64,000 bases of DNA, from the IMG/VR virus record IMGVR_UViG_3300031857_000053, positions 43,267 through 107,266 of that record; one strand, given 5' to 3'. This document shows, in pieces, positions 1 to 10,663 of the stretch. Positions within the stretch are counted from its first letter, which is position 1; each line of letters starts with the position of its first letter. A program made the translations under genes and the position numbers. The notes beneath the pieces were generated by a model. It saw nothing but the letters and a program-made list of their open reading frames with translations. It was not told the DNA's origin and did not search any database. This stretch comes from a virus.

Positions 1-1
1 A

Positions 2-1519
2 AAAAATGATCAAGAATTACTTGATCAACAAATAAAGCTAATTAAAGATAGATTTTCTAATCCTAAAGTAGCTGCAGCATTAAAACAAAAAATGTTAGAG
101 GCATATGATAAAGATAAAGAATTTGGTAAAGATCAAGGATATCTTGGTAAGCAACCTGGTTTTACAAGAGCTGATATTGAGAACATGACTGAAGAAGAAC
201 TTGCTAAAAAGTTTATTGAGCTTAATGAAAGAAATCTAAAAACAGCTAAATTATTTAATGTAAACAAAGAAGAATTAAAAAAAGTATATGAATGTTTTGA
301 TACTGAAAGTGGTAAATTACTTAGTAATAGTAAGTGTAAAGATGTTCCATATAAAACTTTAGATGAAGCATTTGCAAAAGCGGGACTACCACTTCCTCAA
401 GAAAAAGCTGCTAGAAATAAAGAAGTTGGTATTCAACAATTATCTTATATAGGCTTTACCGAGTTATTAAAAGATAGAGATGCGGGTACTATAAAAGATG
501 AAGAAACTAAAGAACTTATAAAACCTTTTATTCAAGATCAATTAGGAGCAAGTGATGAAAAATTTGGAGGTAAAGAAAAACAAAACTTTTCTAAAGCAGA
601 TGGAGTATATACTAATACTACTGCAGGTGAAATAGCTGGTATAGCTGGAGATGATATTATTGGAGAAGGATTAGTTGCAGAGGAAGATACAGAGATTGAA
701 GAAGATGTTACTGTAAAAGATCCTCAGTATGTTTCACAATCTGGAGAAGCTCCTATTTTTAAACAAGATTTAATTAAAATAGCAGGTGCTCTTGGTGATG
801 CTGCAAGATTAAAAAAGTATATGGCTTGGCAAGCTACTCCGGGTACTTTTACTGGGGAGCCTACTTTTTATAGTCCCGAAAGAGAACTAGCAAAGATAGG
901 TGAGCAATCAGCTATGGCTATGAATAGTCTTGCAACCTTTGCAGGTCCTCAAGCTTTATCATCTAGATTATCTGGTGTTACTGGACAAGCTGGTGCTGCT
1001 GCTGCTGATGTATTAGGAAAATATAATAATCTTAATGTTGGTGTTCAGAATCAATTTGAGATGCAAAAAGCTCAAATTTTAAATCAAGCTGCTCAACAGA
1101 AAGCTGCTTTAAAGACAGCTCTTTTTGATAAGAATACAATAGCTAATCAACAGTTTGATAATAGTAAAGCTTTAGCTCGTCAAAATATAAGACAAGGATA
1201 TATTGATGCAATTACTAATGCTGTTAATGCGGCTAATCTAAACTTAGTTTACGATCAATATAAAACTGATCCAAGAAAAGGTGGTCTTGTTAGTTTTACT
1301 AATGGTAAACCAGTTACTCCAGAATACAATCCAGCAGATATGGCTACTCAATTTAATACTCTTAAGAGTAAACTTCCAGGTGTAGATGACGCTACAATCT
1401 ATAAGTTATTGACTGGAGATAGAGGTACTACAGCTAGTAACAATAGTCAATACTTAAAAGATCTTAATACTACTATGAACTTTAATGCTGGACCATATGC
1501 TCAGCAAGAGGAAGTATAA
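2..1519 (+). CDS. Virion cargo/ejection protein, 5'-truncated by window edge
   Basis: Frame is open from position 2. Gln/Asn/Ala-rich helical C-terminal half. First of a run of large co-oriented genes preceding the virion RNAP, as in crAss-like phages. Confidence 0.6.
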   Translation, partial: KNDQELLDQQIKLIKDRFSNPKVAAALKQKMLEAYDKDKEFGKDQGYLGKQPGFTRADIENMTEEELAKKFIELNERNLKTAKLFNVNKEELKKVYECFDTESGKLLSNSKCKDVPYKTLDEAFAKAGLPLPQEKAARNKEVGIQQLSYIGFTELLKDRDAGTIKDEETKELIKPFIQDQLGASDEKFGGKEKQNFSKADGVYTNTTAGEIAGIAGDDIIGEGLVAEEDTEIEEDVTVKDPQYVSQSGEAPIFKQDLIKIAGALGDAARLKKYMAWQATPGTFTGEPTFYSPERELAKIGEQSAMAMNSLATFAGPQALSSRLSGVTGQAGAAAADVLGKYNNLNVGVQNQFEMQKAQILNQAAQQKAALKTALFDKNTIANQQFDNSKALARQNIRQGYIDAITNAVNAANLNLVYDQYKTDPRKGGLVSFTNGKPVTPEYNPADMATQFNTLKSKLPGVDDATIYKLLTGDRGTTASNNSQYLKDLNTTMNFNAGPYAQQEEV

Positions 1520-1557
1520 TATTTTAAATAAACTTTATAAGTGTAATAAACTTATAA

Positions 1558-1565
1558 TATTTTTG
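1558..1565 (+). promoter_or_regulatory. Bacteroidetes sigma70 -7 element (TATTTTTG)
   Basis: Matches TAnnTTTG, intergenic, 21 nt before ATG 1587. Confidence 0.45.
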
Positions 1566-1586
1566 GATAAATTTACAACATAAATT

Positions 1587-4500
1587 ATGGCAACTTATAT
1601 ACAAGGTGTAACCGATTATCTTCCACAGATCCAACCTTTCCAACCGGATCTAAATTTTCTTGGAAATATTCTTCAAACAAAACAAAGTCGTTACGATGCG
1701 GCACATAAACAGTTAAGTAATGTTTACGGAACAATGCTTAATTCGCCAATGTTACGTGATAAAAATATAAGTAATAGAGATAATTTTTTTAAGATGATTC
1801 AACAGGATATCCATAAGATGTCCGGAGTAGATCTTTCTTTACAGCAAAATGTAGATTCAGCTCAACAAGTTTTTAAAGCATTATATGATGATCAGGATAT
1901 AGTTAAAGATATGACCTGGACTCGTAATTATAGAAATCAAAAAGAAAGAGGAGCTGCTTTTAAACTTTGTACTGATCCAGAAAAGTGTGGTGGTGGATGG
2001 TGGGAAGGTGGAGATCAATATCTCGATTATAAAGCTCAAGAATTTAAAAATGCTACTGATGAAGATGCTAGAAATTTTGGAGATGTAGAATATGTTCCTT
2101 ATCAAAATTTCCAAAAAGATGCGATGAAGTGGGCAAAGGATATGGGATTTGAAATTAAGTATGATGATTTTTCAAAAGCACCTGGATATATAACTCATAT
2201 AAAAAATGGTGAGGCAATGATCCAACCTTTAGCAAAACATTTTTTATCTGTATTTGGAAGTGATCCTAAGTATACAAAATACTTTGAAGCATTAGCATAT
2301 AATACAAGAAAAGCTTGGGTTAATGCTAAGATTGGAGAATATAATAGTGAAGAAGAAGCAAGCTTAGCTTATATGGAGCAATTCTATACTGCTATTAATA
2401 ATCAAGTAAAAGATGGTAAAAAACAAGCTGATGAAGATTCAGATGCAGCACAAGCTAAACTTACAATGGCTGAGAAGAATGCTGCAGAACAAGGAATCCA
2501 AGGTGATGAAAATGATTGGTTGCGTCAATTAAGCGGTTATAAAGATGAAGTAGAATCTATTAATAAAGTAAAAGATATTTATACTAATGCTGAGAATACT
2601 CTTAGCAATATGAATATTAACGCGAATAACATCAATCTTTATCTTTCTAATTTTGATAAGATGATGGGTCTTCAAATGTTGGAGAGAGAATCTATTAATG
2701 CTTCTTCTGCTTATGCTAATCTTACTACTGAGGTTAGCTATGATGTAGATGCTAAACAATTAGCCGCAAGTGAGAGAGCTTACAATGAGCAAAAAGCTAT
2801 AATGGAAGAAGGTTATGTAAAATATGATGAAAGTGGTAATCCTATTGAATATGTGCCGGGTAGAAAAGCTATGAAAGAAGCGTGGCTCGAAAGAGAAAAA
2901 GCAGGAATTGAAGGAGGTGTTACTACAGAACAAAGAAAAAGTTTAGCTAGAGAATATTTAGGAGGAGGATCAGAAGATGTTACATTTCTTCCTAAAGTAG
3001 CAGGTGCACAAACAGGTGAATTAGTTCCAGATTTAGCTACTAAAACTAATCTTGCAAAATCTAAAGCATTAGATGAAGAAAGTGTAAATTATAAAGCTAG
3101 TGCTAATGATTTTATTTTTACTCATTTTAAAAATTATTATCAAAATAGTGCTGAAGCATTACAAAAACCTGATATTCAAAGAACATTAGGACAAGTCCTT
3201 TATTTAACTGATAAAAGTATAAAACCATCAGATTGGAATAAAGTAGTTAAAGGATTTCTTAATGGAGATCCAGAAGCAATGACTAAAGTAGAACAAGCAT
3301 ATAAATCAAATCCTGATATAGTATATAAAGCACTTTCAAAATTTTCTAGACCTAGTAAAATAAAAGCTTCTGGAAAAGGTCAATATAGTACTTTTTATAG
3401 CACAGCTTTTTCTAATATTACTAGTGATCCTGCTTATTTAGAAAACCTTGGAGCAATTGAAAAAAATATTCAAGAAACTACACAGGCTCAAGAAGGAATG
3501 AAGAATCTTCAAAATGAAAATAATAAAGTTGCAACAAGTATTTTTAAAGCGCAAAATAAAAATCTTCCTTTTGTAAATCTTATTCCAGAATTAGTTAAAG
3601 CTGCAAAATATGGAACTTATAATCCTATTAATTCTCCATTTACAGAAGGTTCTTTAAATACACCTGCTGCTCATACTATAGATAATTGGACTAGTTTATT
3701 ATCAAGTTTTTATAAAACAGCAAGAGGAAAAGTTATATCTGATTTTGCGGATAAAAGAGCAGAAGCTATTAAAGATAATCCTTTATTAAATCAACTTACT
3801 GCAGAAGGTGGAAGATTAGTTTATAAAAGAACTAACACTGCTTTAGATGAAGTTAATAAAATTTTCTTAGGAAAAAATACTGGAAAGTGGACACCTATTG
3901 ATGATAAAGATGGAATAATTAATCAAAGATTAATAGCTTTTGAAAAAGCTCAAGCTGATCCAACTTTATATAATAATCCTGATTCAGAAATTAATAATCT
4001 TTATAAAGATTGGCGTAAAAGTAAAATAAAAAATATTAGTTGGACAGGTGGTCTTGAAAATTTATTTATCCTTAAGCCAGGAAAAAAGAATCTTTCAGAG
4101 ATTCAAAATCCTTTAAGAGCAATAAAAGAAGGATTTACAGGTTCTATGGATGAGTTTATAGAAACTGAAATTAAACCATATAAATTGGGAACAGTTAAAG
4201 ATAAAATAGCTTTTGATGTTCTTAAAGTTTATAATAATGAAGATACTAAAAAATCTTGGTTATCTGCTTATGCTGAAAAAGCTAATTCTTGGATGGATCC
4301 AGATTATCAAGATTACTCAGATAGAAGTACTAGTTATGCTTCTGCAGTTTTTGAAATGAAGTTTAGTCCTGCAGAACCTACTGCAAATTTAGAAGCTTTA
4401 AGTTTAATTAAAGCTATTAATAATGCTAAGTCACAAGGAGAATTAAAAATAGCAAGATATGGAGGGTTTCATGATAAAGAAGCTTTTATGACATCTTATG

Positions 4501-5129
4501 AAGAAAATGGTGAATTTTATGAAGAACAATATAATCAAATTAATAATGATTTGAGAAGACAGCTTCAAGATCCAAAACTTGCAACAAAAGATGATGCTTT
4601 AAATTTAGATATAAAAATAGCTCCTAATGTTGCTTTTGGAGAAAAAGGAATGACAGCTGTTGAGATAAGAGTTCCTCAATCATATATTAATGCTCGTGCA
4701 ACAAGTAATAAAGAAGGTCGTAATTTATTTACTAAAGAGTGGGGTAAAAATAAATTAATATTTCTTATGCCAGATACATTTTTACCAGAAGATATTAGAG
4801 CTAAAACTACAGGTAATAATGATGATATTGCTATGAGAGGTTTACCAAAAACTTCTTATCCAGTGAATGATGGTGGAATAGTTGAATTTACAAAAGTTAT
4901 TCCTGATCCTAGTCAACCTAATAATTATACATATACTGCACAGGTAACATTTTTTGTACCTGATCCTAATAATCCAGGTAATATAATACCGGTTTATGGT
5001 ACACCAAAAACAGGTATAGGAAAAGATGTAGATTTTACAGCTTTAAAAAATGAACAAATAAGAATTCTTGAAGAACAAGCTCGTAAAAATAGACAAGATC
5101 CAAATTTTAAAAAAAAATTAAATCAATAA
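1587..5129 (+). CDS. Large virion cargo/ejection protein (1180 aa)
   Basis: Long ORF. Its position upstream of the vRNAP block matches crAss-like cargo genes. Confidence 0.6.
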   Translation: MATYIQGVTDYLPQIQPFQPDLNFLGNILQTKQSRYDAAHKQLSNVYGTMLNSPMLRDKNISNRDNFFKMIQQDIHKMSGVDLSLQQNVDSAQQVFKALYDDQDIVKDMTWTRNYRNQKERGAAFKLCTDPEKCGGGWWEGGDQYLDYKAQEFKNATDEDARNFGDVEYVPYQNFQKDAMKWAKDMGFEIKYDDFSKAPGYITHIKNGEAMIQPLAKHFLSVFGSDPKYTKYFEALAYNTRKAWVNAKIGEYNSEEEASLAYMEQFYTAINNQVKDGKKQADEDSDAAQAKLTMAEKNAAEQGIQGDENDWLRQLSGYKDEVESINKVKDIYTNAENTLSNMNINANNINLYLSNFDKMMGLQMLERESINASSAYANLTTEVSYDVDAKQLAASERAYNEQKAIMEEGYVKYDESGNPIEYVPGRKAMKEAWLEREKAGIEGGVTTEQRKSLAREYLGGGSEDVTFLPKVAGAQTGELVPDLATKTNLAKSKALDEESVNYKASANDFIFTHFKNYYQNSAEALQKPDIQRTLGQVLYLTDKSIKPSDWNKVVKGFLNGDPEAMTKVEQAYKSNPDIVYKALSKFSRPSKIKASGKGQYSTFYSTAFSNITSDPAYLENLGAIEKNIQETTQAQEGMKNLQNENNKVATSIFKAQNKNLPFVNLIPELVKAAKYGTYNPINSPFTEGSLNTPAAHTIDNWTSLLSSFYKTARGKVISDFADKRAEAIKDNPLLNQLTAEGGRLVYKRTNTALDEVNKIFLGKNTGKWTPIDDKDGIINQRLIAFEKAQADPTLYNNPDSEINNLYKDWRKSKIKNISWTGGLENLFILKPGKKNLSEIQNPLRAIKEGFTGSMDEFIETEIKPYKLGTVKDKIAFDVLKVYNNEDTKKSWLSAYAEKANSWMDPDYQDYSDRSTSYASAVFEMKFSPAEPTANLEALSLIKAINNAKSQGELKIARYGGFHDKEAFMTSYEENGEFYEEQYNQINNDLRRQLQDPKLATKDDALNLDIKIAPNVAFGEKGMTAVEIRVPQSYINARATSNKEGRNLFTKEWGKNKLIFLMPDTFLPEDIRAKTTGNNDDIAMRGLPKTSYPVNDGGIVEFTKVIPDPSQPNNYTYTAQVTFFVPDPNNPGNIIPVYGTPKTGIGKDVDFTALKNEQIRILEEQARKNRQDPNFKKKLNQ

Positions 5130-5140
5130 ACTAAAGAGAG

Positions 5141-8100
5141 ATGGCAGATGTAATTTCAGAAGATATTAATTTATCTCTTCCAGATCCAGCAAATCTTGCA
5201 GCATCTGTTGCAGGTGGTGTAATGAATCCTCTTCTTAAAGAGTCTATTGATATTGATTTACCACAACCTCCTCCAAGATATCCAGTTGGTGTATCAGCAA
5301 CAAATATGATACCTACTCAGACTAATGCATTAACTGATTCTAATAGTTTAATAGAGCAAAGTAATAATAGTTTAGCAACAGCAAATCAATGGGCTCGTAA
5401 TCCATATCAATATGGTAAGTTAAAAACTTATAATGCTGATTCTGATGGAGCAAACTTTGCAAGATATGCAGCAGTACCTAGAGTGTTTAAAGAACAAGGC
5501 TTTTCTTTATATAGAGATAATGAAGCACTATATAATGAGAATGCTACATGGTGGGATTATTTTAAAAGAAGTGCCGGTGCATCTTGGGAACTATTTAAAA
5601 CAGGGTTTACAGATATGTTACCTTGGAATGCTTGGGATGGTAAATCATCAGATCTTGTAGCAGCAAAAGAGATGGAAAGATGGCACGCAATTGGTGCCGA
5701 TAGTAGATCTGGAGTAGGATCTTTTATAAATAATATGACAGTAGATTCTGGATACACTTTTGGTATTCTTGGTGAATTTGCTGCAGAAGAAATAGCTCTT
5801 TGGGGAGCAACAGCTCTTTCTGGTGGAGCTCTTGGTGAAGTTGCTTTAACAAGAACTGGTAAAAAAATAGATGATGTTATAGATGCACTTAGTATAGAAA
5901 AATTTAGAGCAAAAGTAAATAAAGCTTATGATTGGATGAAGAGTCCTGATAAGATGAAAGATATTTATAGTTATGCTAAAGGAACTCTTAAACGTGCTGG
6001 TAAAACTTTAATACCTCAAACAGGAAGTTTTATAGCTAATGATATCATTGCTGCTGGTAAAAAAGGAGATCTTGTTTTTAATATGGCAAAAGCTTCAAAA
6101 GGATTTGGCGCTTTTTACCGAGATAGTCGAGCTGTAGCTGCAGTTTTATCTGAAGCATCTTTAGAAGGTGGTAGTGCAGAACTCATGGTAAGAGATCAAT
6201 TGATTGATGGATTCTATGATAAAAACGGTAGACTTCCTAATGATAAAGAGATGTCGGCAATTTACAGTGAAGCAGCTAATGCTGGTAGAGAAACATATCT
6301 TTGGAATTTACCAGCTCTTTATATTTCAAATCAAATAGTTTTTGAAACAGCTCTTAAAGGATTTAAACCTGCTGCTGTATTTAGAGAGGAATTAAGAACA
6401 GGATTAAGTGGACGATTGGCTTTTAATGAAGCTTGGAAAAAAGCTGGTGTAAAAGCTTGGACTACTGTTGAAGAAGGAGCACTACAAAGTTTTAAAAATA
6501 TATTTAATCCTACTACATATAAACCTAAAAATCTTTTAAGAAATACTGTTGGTAAATTTGCTCTTTATACTAAAGAAAATTTAGCAGAAGGTTTACAAGA
6601 GGTATATCAAGATGCTGTTCAAAAGACAATGGTAGATTATTATTCTGCTAGATTTACGCATCCTGCTCTTTCTGGATCTAGATCTGTGTGGGGAGAGTTT
6701 GCAAAAAATATTGGTAATCCTAATTTAGAAACTTTTGCATCTGGATTTTTAATGGGATCTATGGTACAGATTCCACAAAAAATTGCTTTTAATTATTTAC
6801 CTAAACAATTTTATAAACTTACAAATAGAGCTGAGTATGATAAAAATATGGCTCTACAACAAGAGCATACCGATAAAGTAGTAGATGCTATGAATTATTT
6901 TACTATGGGTGAAAAGTATTATGATTCTATTAATGAAAATGCGGTAGTTCAATTAAATGGTAATGCTGAAGCTCAACAAGCTAATATGGCTGGTGATAAA
7001 AAAGCTTTTGGTGATATAACAGATGAGACAGAAGGAAATCACTTTATGACTTTACTTGAAAGTGGTAAATTAGATATTCTTGTAGATCAATTTAAAGATC
7101 TTAAAGGTCTTAATAAAGAAGCTTTAGAAGAAGCTTTTGGTCCAGTAGATAAATCTATAGCTGAAGATTCATATACATTTTATCAAAATAGACTTGATAA
7201 CATGATTAAGAAATCTGAACAATTAAAAAAATTATACGAGACTGCAGAAAGAGAAATAGGTGATGGTCCTTTTCATCCTAGTACAGTTGATGGAAAAAAA
7301 GATCCTAAATTATATGAAGCCATGATGCAAGGAGCTATTGCTCACAAGATGGCTAAAAGAGATTTTGTATTACAAAATTATTCTTTCTATAGAACTCTTC
7401 AGAGAGTAGATAGTCTTACTAATAATTTAGTTTCAAATAGTGAGTTAGCTAAAACATCAGCTTCAGATTTAATGTTAGCTACTTCTCCTCAATTGATGGT
7501 CGATGAAATAGCTATTACAAAAAAATTATTAGAAGGTTATAAAACAATTGAAAAAGATCCTGATAATAAATCAAAGATTCAATCACTTGAAGAAAGATTA
7601 GAATATCTAGAAGAATTACAAAGTGCAATAGAAGGTATTACAGTAGCTCAAAAATTAGAACCTAGTAGAGAATTAGGTACTCAAGTAAAAGAAATAGAAG
7701 ATGCTGATAAAGCAGCTAGAATAGATGAAGGTACTGTAGTTAAAAATAAAAAAGGAAAAGAGCATAAAGTATCTTATGTAAAAAAAGGTGATGCATATAA
7801 TAGTAAAGGTGAAAAAATTGGAAAGTTAAAAGATCTTGATATTGTTAGTCAACCGGAAGGCAAAGAGGAAAAAGATGCTATGACATATGCAACAGAAAGA
7901 TTATTCAATGCATATTCACAGTGGATGAAATACTCAGCTAAAGTAAATAACAATGATAATGTAACAGATAGAGCTATTGAAAAATCATTTGCTGATTTCC
8001 GAGATATTTATTTATTAAAACAAGATTCTAAATTTTTAGGTGAAACTATTCAAACTCTTTTAAATCCTAATTATTTTAGAGTATATACTGAAAGATTAAG

Positions 8101-10645
8101 AAATGTTATTGCTGATATAGATAAATCTCGAAAAACTTTATTAAAAAATTCTTATGAAAGATTTTTAAGATTAAGAAAGATGAATGATTTATTCAATCAG
8201 CTTTATGAGATGAAAGTTTTTTTAGATGAGAGAGGAATGCAAGATGTTTTAAATAATCGTGTTCCATCTATATTTTTTAATATTCCTAAAGCTAAAGATA
8301 GTATAACACCAGTATCTTTTGATTCTGAAAAATATAGACAGATCTTAGATTTATTTGAAAAATATGAACAAACATCTGGTAAGCAATTTGAAAATAAACC
8401 AATTGTTGAAGCAATTCCATTTATTAGTGAGACTATCAATTATAATATAGAGAATAGGGAAAAAGGAGAAGATAAAAGAACTTTAGCTGAGCATGCTGCA
8501 TATTGGGGATTTGATCCTGAGATGAAAACTATAACTTCAATTAAAACATTAGATGTTTTAAAAAAGATAGTTGATAGTCCTTATTCTACTTATAAAGAAA
8601 AAGCTTTAGCTAGAAGATTACTTACTATTGTTAAAGCTAATAGTGAAATAAAATTTGAAAAACTTTCACGTCCAAATAAAGCATTATATACCGATGAAGG
8701 AAAAATGGGAATGAGTGTAGATCCTAGATATTCATCTTCTGATTTTGGAATTACAAAAAACTTTTCATTACCTATTGAAGCAATTATTCTTAATACAGTT
8801 ATTAAGGATATTACAGCTTATGATATGTCAAAAAATCTTGCTTTTAAAAATGATGTTGCTAAATTATTTGAAGCAGCTAAAGAAGAATTTAAAAAGAATA
8901 GACCAGCGAATGCTACTTTATTTGGAGATAAAGTTGATTTTGAATTTTATGGTTTAAGAAATCAAGAAGATTTTGTAGCGGAAGCTCTTACTAATGATCG
9001 CTTTGCAACGTGGTTAAAAACTATTGATTATCAAACTACCGGTAAATCTGCGTGGCAAGAACTATTAGATATGCTTAGTCAATTCTTTGCAAAGATTTTA
9101 GGTATATCAAAAGATAATACTCTTTTAGATGAAGTAGTATATGTCGTTACTAAACATATTGATAAAATAGAAGGAGTTACTGAAGATAGTTTAGCTCAAG
9201 AAGCTAAATACAAAGCAGCAACTCAAGCTGGGACAAATGTTCCAGGTGGTATATCTAAAGATAGTACTATTAACGAACTTGCTGCAGCAGGTGTTTTAAA
9301 AGAACTTGTTGCTGATTACAAAAGAATTAATAGTGAGAGACAAGTTGTAGCTCCAGATTCTGTATACGATCCACTTTATGATCAGCGTCCAGAGTCAGAG
9401 CTTATTGAAACTGAAGGATTCAAAAGATATCTTGACTCTACATCAGCAAGTAATATTATTAGTGCTCACAATAGAAAGAAAGGTATTACTCCATCAACTA
9501 CAATAACTACTCCTACTACTACTCCTGTTTCTGATATAGAAGCTAAGAGAGCTGATATAGAAAAAAGAAGAAAAGAAAGTCTAAATGCTATTAAACAAAG
9601 ACCTAATGAAACTTTGTTTACAGCTCCTTATTATAAAGAAGGATATAATTTTAAACAGCTTCCTACAGACTCAGCTATGAGAACTGAAGCTGAAGAAAAA
9701 GAATATTATGAAATATTAAAAAACAATAATGCGTTAACTGATGTATCTATTCAAGTTAAAACTAGAGAGGAGGCTGAAAAATTAATCAACGCTAAATATG
9801 ATACAGAACTAGCTGCTTTAGAAAAAGCTCCTGTTACTACTGTTGATACAACACCAGTTAATAAAAGAACTAAAGAAAGACTTCTTACTAAAGGTTATAA
9901 TTATTCTGATATTGATAGTATGAATCAGCAACAAGCTGAAGCATTATTAGTAGAAGGATATACTAAGAAAGAAAAACTAGAAGCTATAGCTGCAGAAGAA
10001 GAATTGCAAAAACAAATTAAACGCGAAAAAGAATTACTTACTAAGGTTGAATTAATGGCATCTATTATAAAAGATATTAATGAAGCTGAATATTTAACTG
10101 ACCTTGCTGCTGTACAAAATAGAGTTTCAGATATTATTAATCGTACTCCAGGTGTTTTAGATATAAATGCAATAGAAAGAGGAATTGAGTCTAAGAAAAA
10201 ATCACTTAGTGCTAATATTGCTTTAGATAAAATGATTGTTAATGAGTTTATTAGATTAGATAACAATCAATTAGTAAAAGTAATTGAAATAAATAATAAT
10301 GGTATTAAAGTACAAACTACAGGAAAAATAGAAGATGGTGCTTCTCAAGTTGAATTTTGGATTAACAAAAAACAATTTGATAAAGATCAAAGAGAACCAA
10401 ATAAAAGATATGTTATGTATAAAGATCAACCAGGTATAGAAGAAGTCACAGGTATACCGGTAACTTCACAAGAAGATGTTGAATCTACAAAAGAGAATGT
10501 TACTAGTGCTAGAACATTAGTTTCTGATGAAGATTTACAAAATGAATTTAAAGAAGTAGAATCTCAAGAAATAGTTGATCTAGAAAAGGATTTTCTTGAT
10601 ACCTTAGATCAGTGTTTACCGGGTAGTCAACTTTCCATTTTTTAA
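5141..10645 (+). CDS. Giant virion cargo protein (1834 aa) with hydrophobic Gly/Ala segments and a degenerate zincin-like domain
   Basis: FGILGEFAAEEIALWGATALSGGALG and ENLAEGLQE segments. YGLRNQEDFVAEALTNDRF resembles a zincin C-terminal motif, but the HExxH is missing. Confidence 0.65.
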   Translation: MADVISEDINLSLPDPANLAASVAGGVMNPLLKESIDIDLPQPPPRYPVGVSATNMIPTQTNALTDSNSLIEQSNNSLATANQWARNPYQYGKLKTYNADSDGANFARYAAVPRVFKEQGFSLYRDNEALYNENATWWDYFKRSAGASWELFKTGFTDMLPWNAWDGKSSDLVAAKEMERWHAIGADSRSGVGSFINNMTVDSGYTFGILGEFAAEEIALWGATALSGGALGEVALTRTGKKIDDVIDALSIEKFRAKVNKAYDWMKSPDKMKDIYSYAKGTLKRAGKTLIPQTGSFIANDIIAAGKKGDLVFNMAKASKGFGAFYRDSRAVAAVLSEASLEGGSAELMVRDQLIDGFYDKNGRLPNDKEMSAIYSEAANAGRETYLWNLPALYISNQIVFETALKGFKPAAVFREELRTGLSGRLAFNEAWKKAGVKAWTTVEEGALQSFKNIFNPTTYKPKNLLRNTVGKFALYTKENLAEGLQEVYQDAVQKTMVDYYSARFTHPALSGSRSVWGEFAKNIGNPNLETFASGFLMGSMVQIPQKIAFNYLPKQFYKLTNRAEYDKNMALQQEHTDKVVDAMNYFTMGEKYYDSINENAVVQLNGNAEAQQANMAGDKKAFGDITDETEGNHFMTLLESGKLDILVDQFKDLKGLNKEALEEAFGPVDKSIAEDSYTFYQNRLDNMIKKSEQLKKLYETAEREIGDGPFHPSTVDGKKDPKLYEAMMQGAIAHKMAKRDFVLQNYSFYRTLQRVDSLTNNLVSNSELAKTSASDLMLATSPQLMVDEIAITKKLLEGYKTIEKDPDNKSKIQSLEERLEYLEELQSAIEGITVAQKLEPSRELGTQVKEIEDADKAARIDEGTVVKNKKGKEHKVSYVKKGDAYNSKGEKIGKLKDLDIVSQPEGKEEKDAMTYATERLFNAYSQWMKYSAKVNNNDNVTDRAIEKSFADFRDIYLLKQDSKFLGETIQTLLNPNYFRVYTERLRNVIADIDKSRKTLLKNSYERFLRLRKMNDLFNQLYEMKVFLDERGMQDVLNNRVPSIFFNIPKAKDSITPVSFDSEKYRQILDLFEKYEQTSGKQFENKPIVEAIPFISETINYNIENREKGEDKRTLAEHAAYWGFDPEMKTITSIKTLDVLKKIVDSPYSTYKEKALARRLLTIVKANSEIKFEKLSRPNKALYTDEGKMGMSVDPRYSSSDFGITKNFSLPIEAIILNTVIKDITAYDMSKNLAFKNDVAKLFEAAKEEFKKNRPANATLFGDKVDFEFYGLRNQEDFVAEALTNDRFATWLKTIDYQTTGKSAWQELLDMLSQFFAKILGISKDNTLLDEVVYVVTKHIDKIEGVTEDSLAQEAKYKAATQAGTNVPGGISKDSTINELAAAGVLKELVADYKRINSERQVVAPDSVYDPLYDQRPESELIETEGFKRYLDSTSASNIISAHNRKKGITPSTTITTPTTTPVSDIEAKRADIEKRRKESLNAIKQRPNETLFTAPYYKEGYNFKQLPTDSAMRTEAEEKEYYEILKNNNALTDVSIQVKTREEAEKLINAKYDTELAALEKAPVTTVDTTPVNKRTKERLLTKGYNYSDIDSMNQQQAEALLVEGYTKKEKLEAIAAEEELQKQIKREKELLTKVELMASIIKDINEAEYLTDLAAVQNRVSDIINRTPGVLDINAIERGIESKKKSLSANIALDKMIVNEFIRLDNNQLVKVIEINNNGIKVQTTGKIEDGASQVEFWINKKQFDKDQREPNKRYVMYKDQPGIEEVTGIPVTSQEDVESTKENVTSARTLVSDEDLQNEFKEVESQEIVDLEKDFLDTLDQCLPGSQLSIF

Positions 10646-10663
10646 TTAAAAAACTATAAAGAC

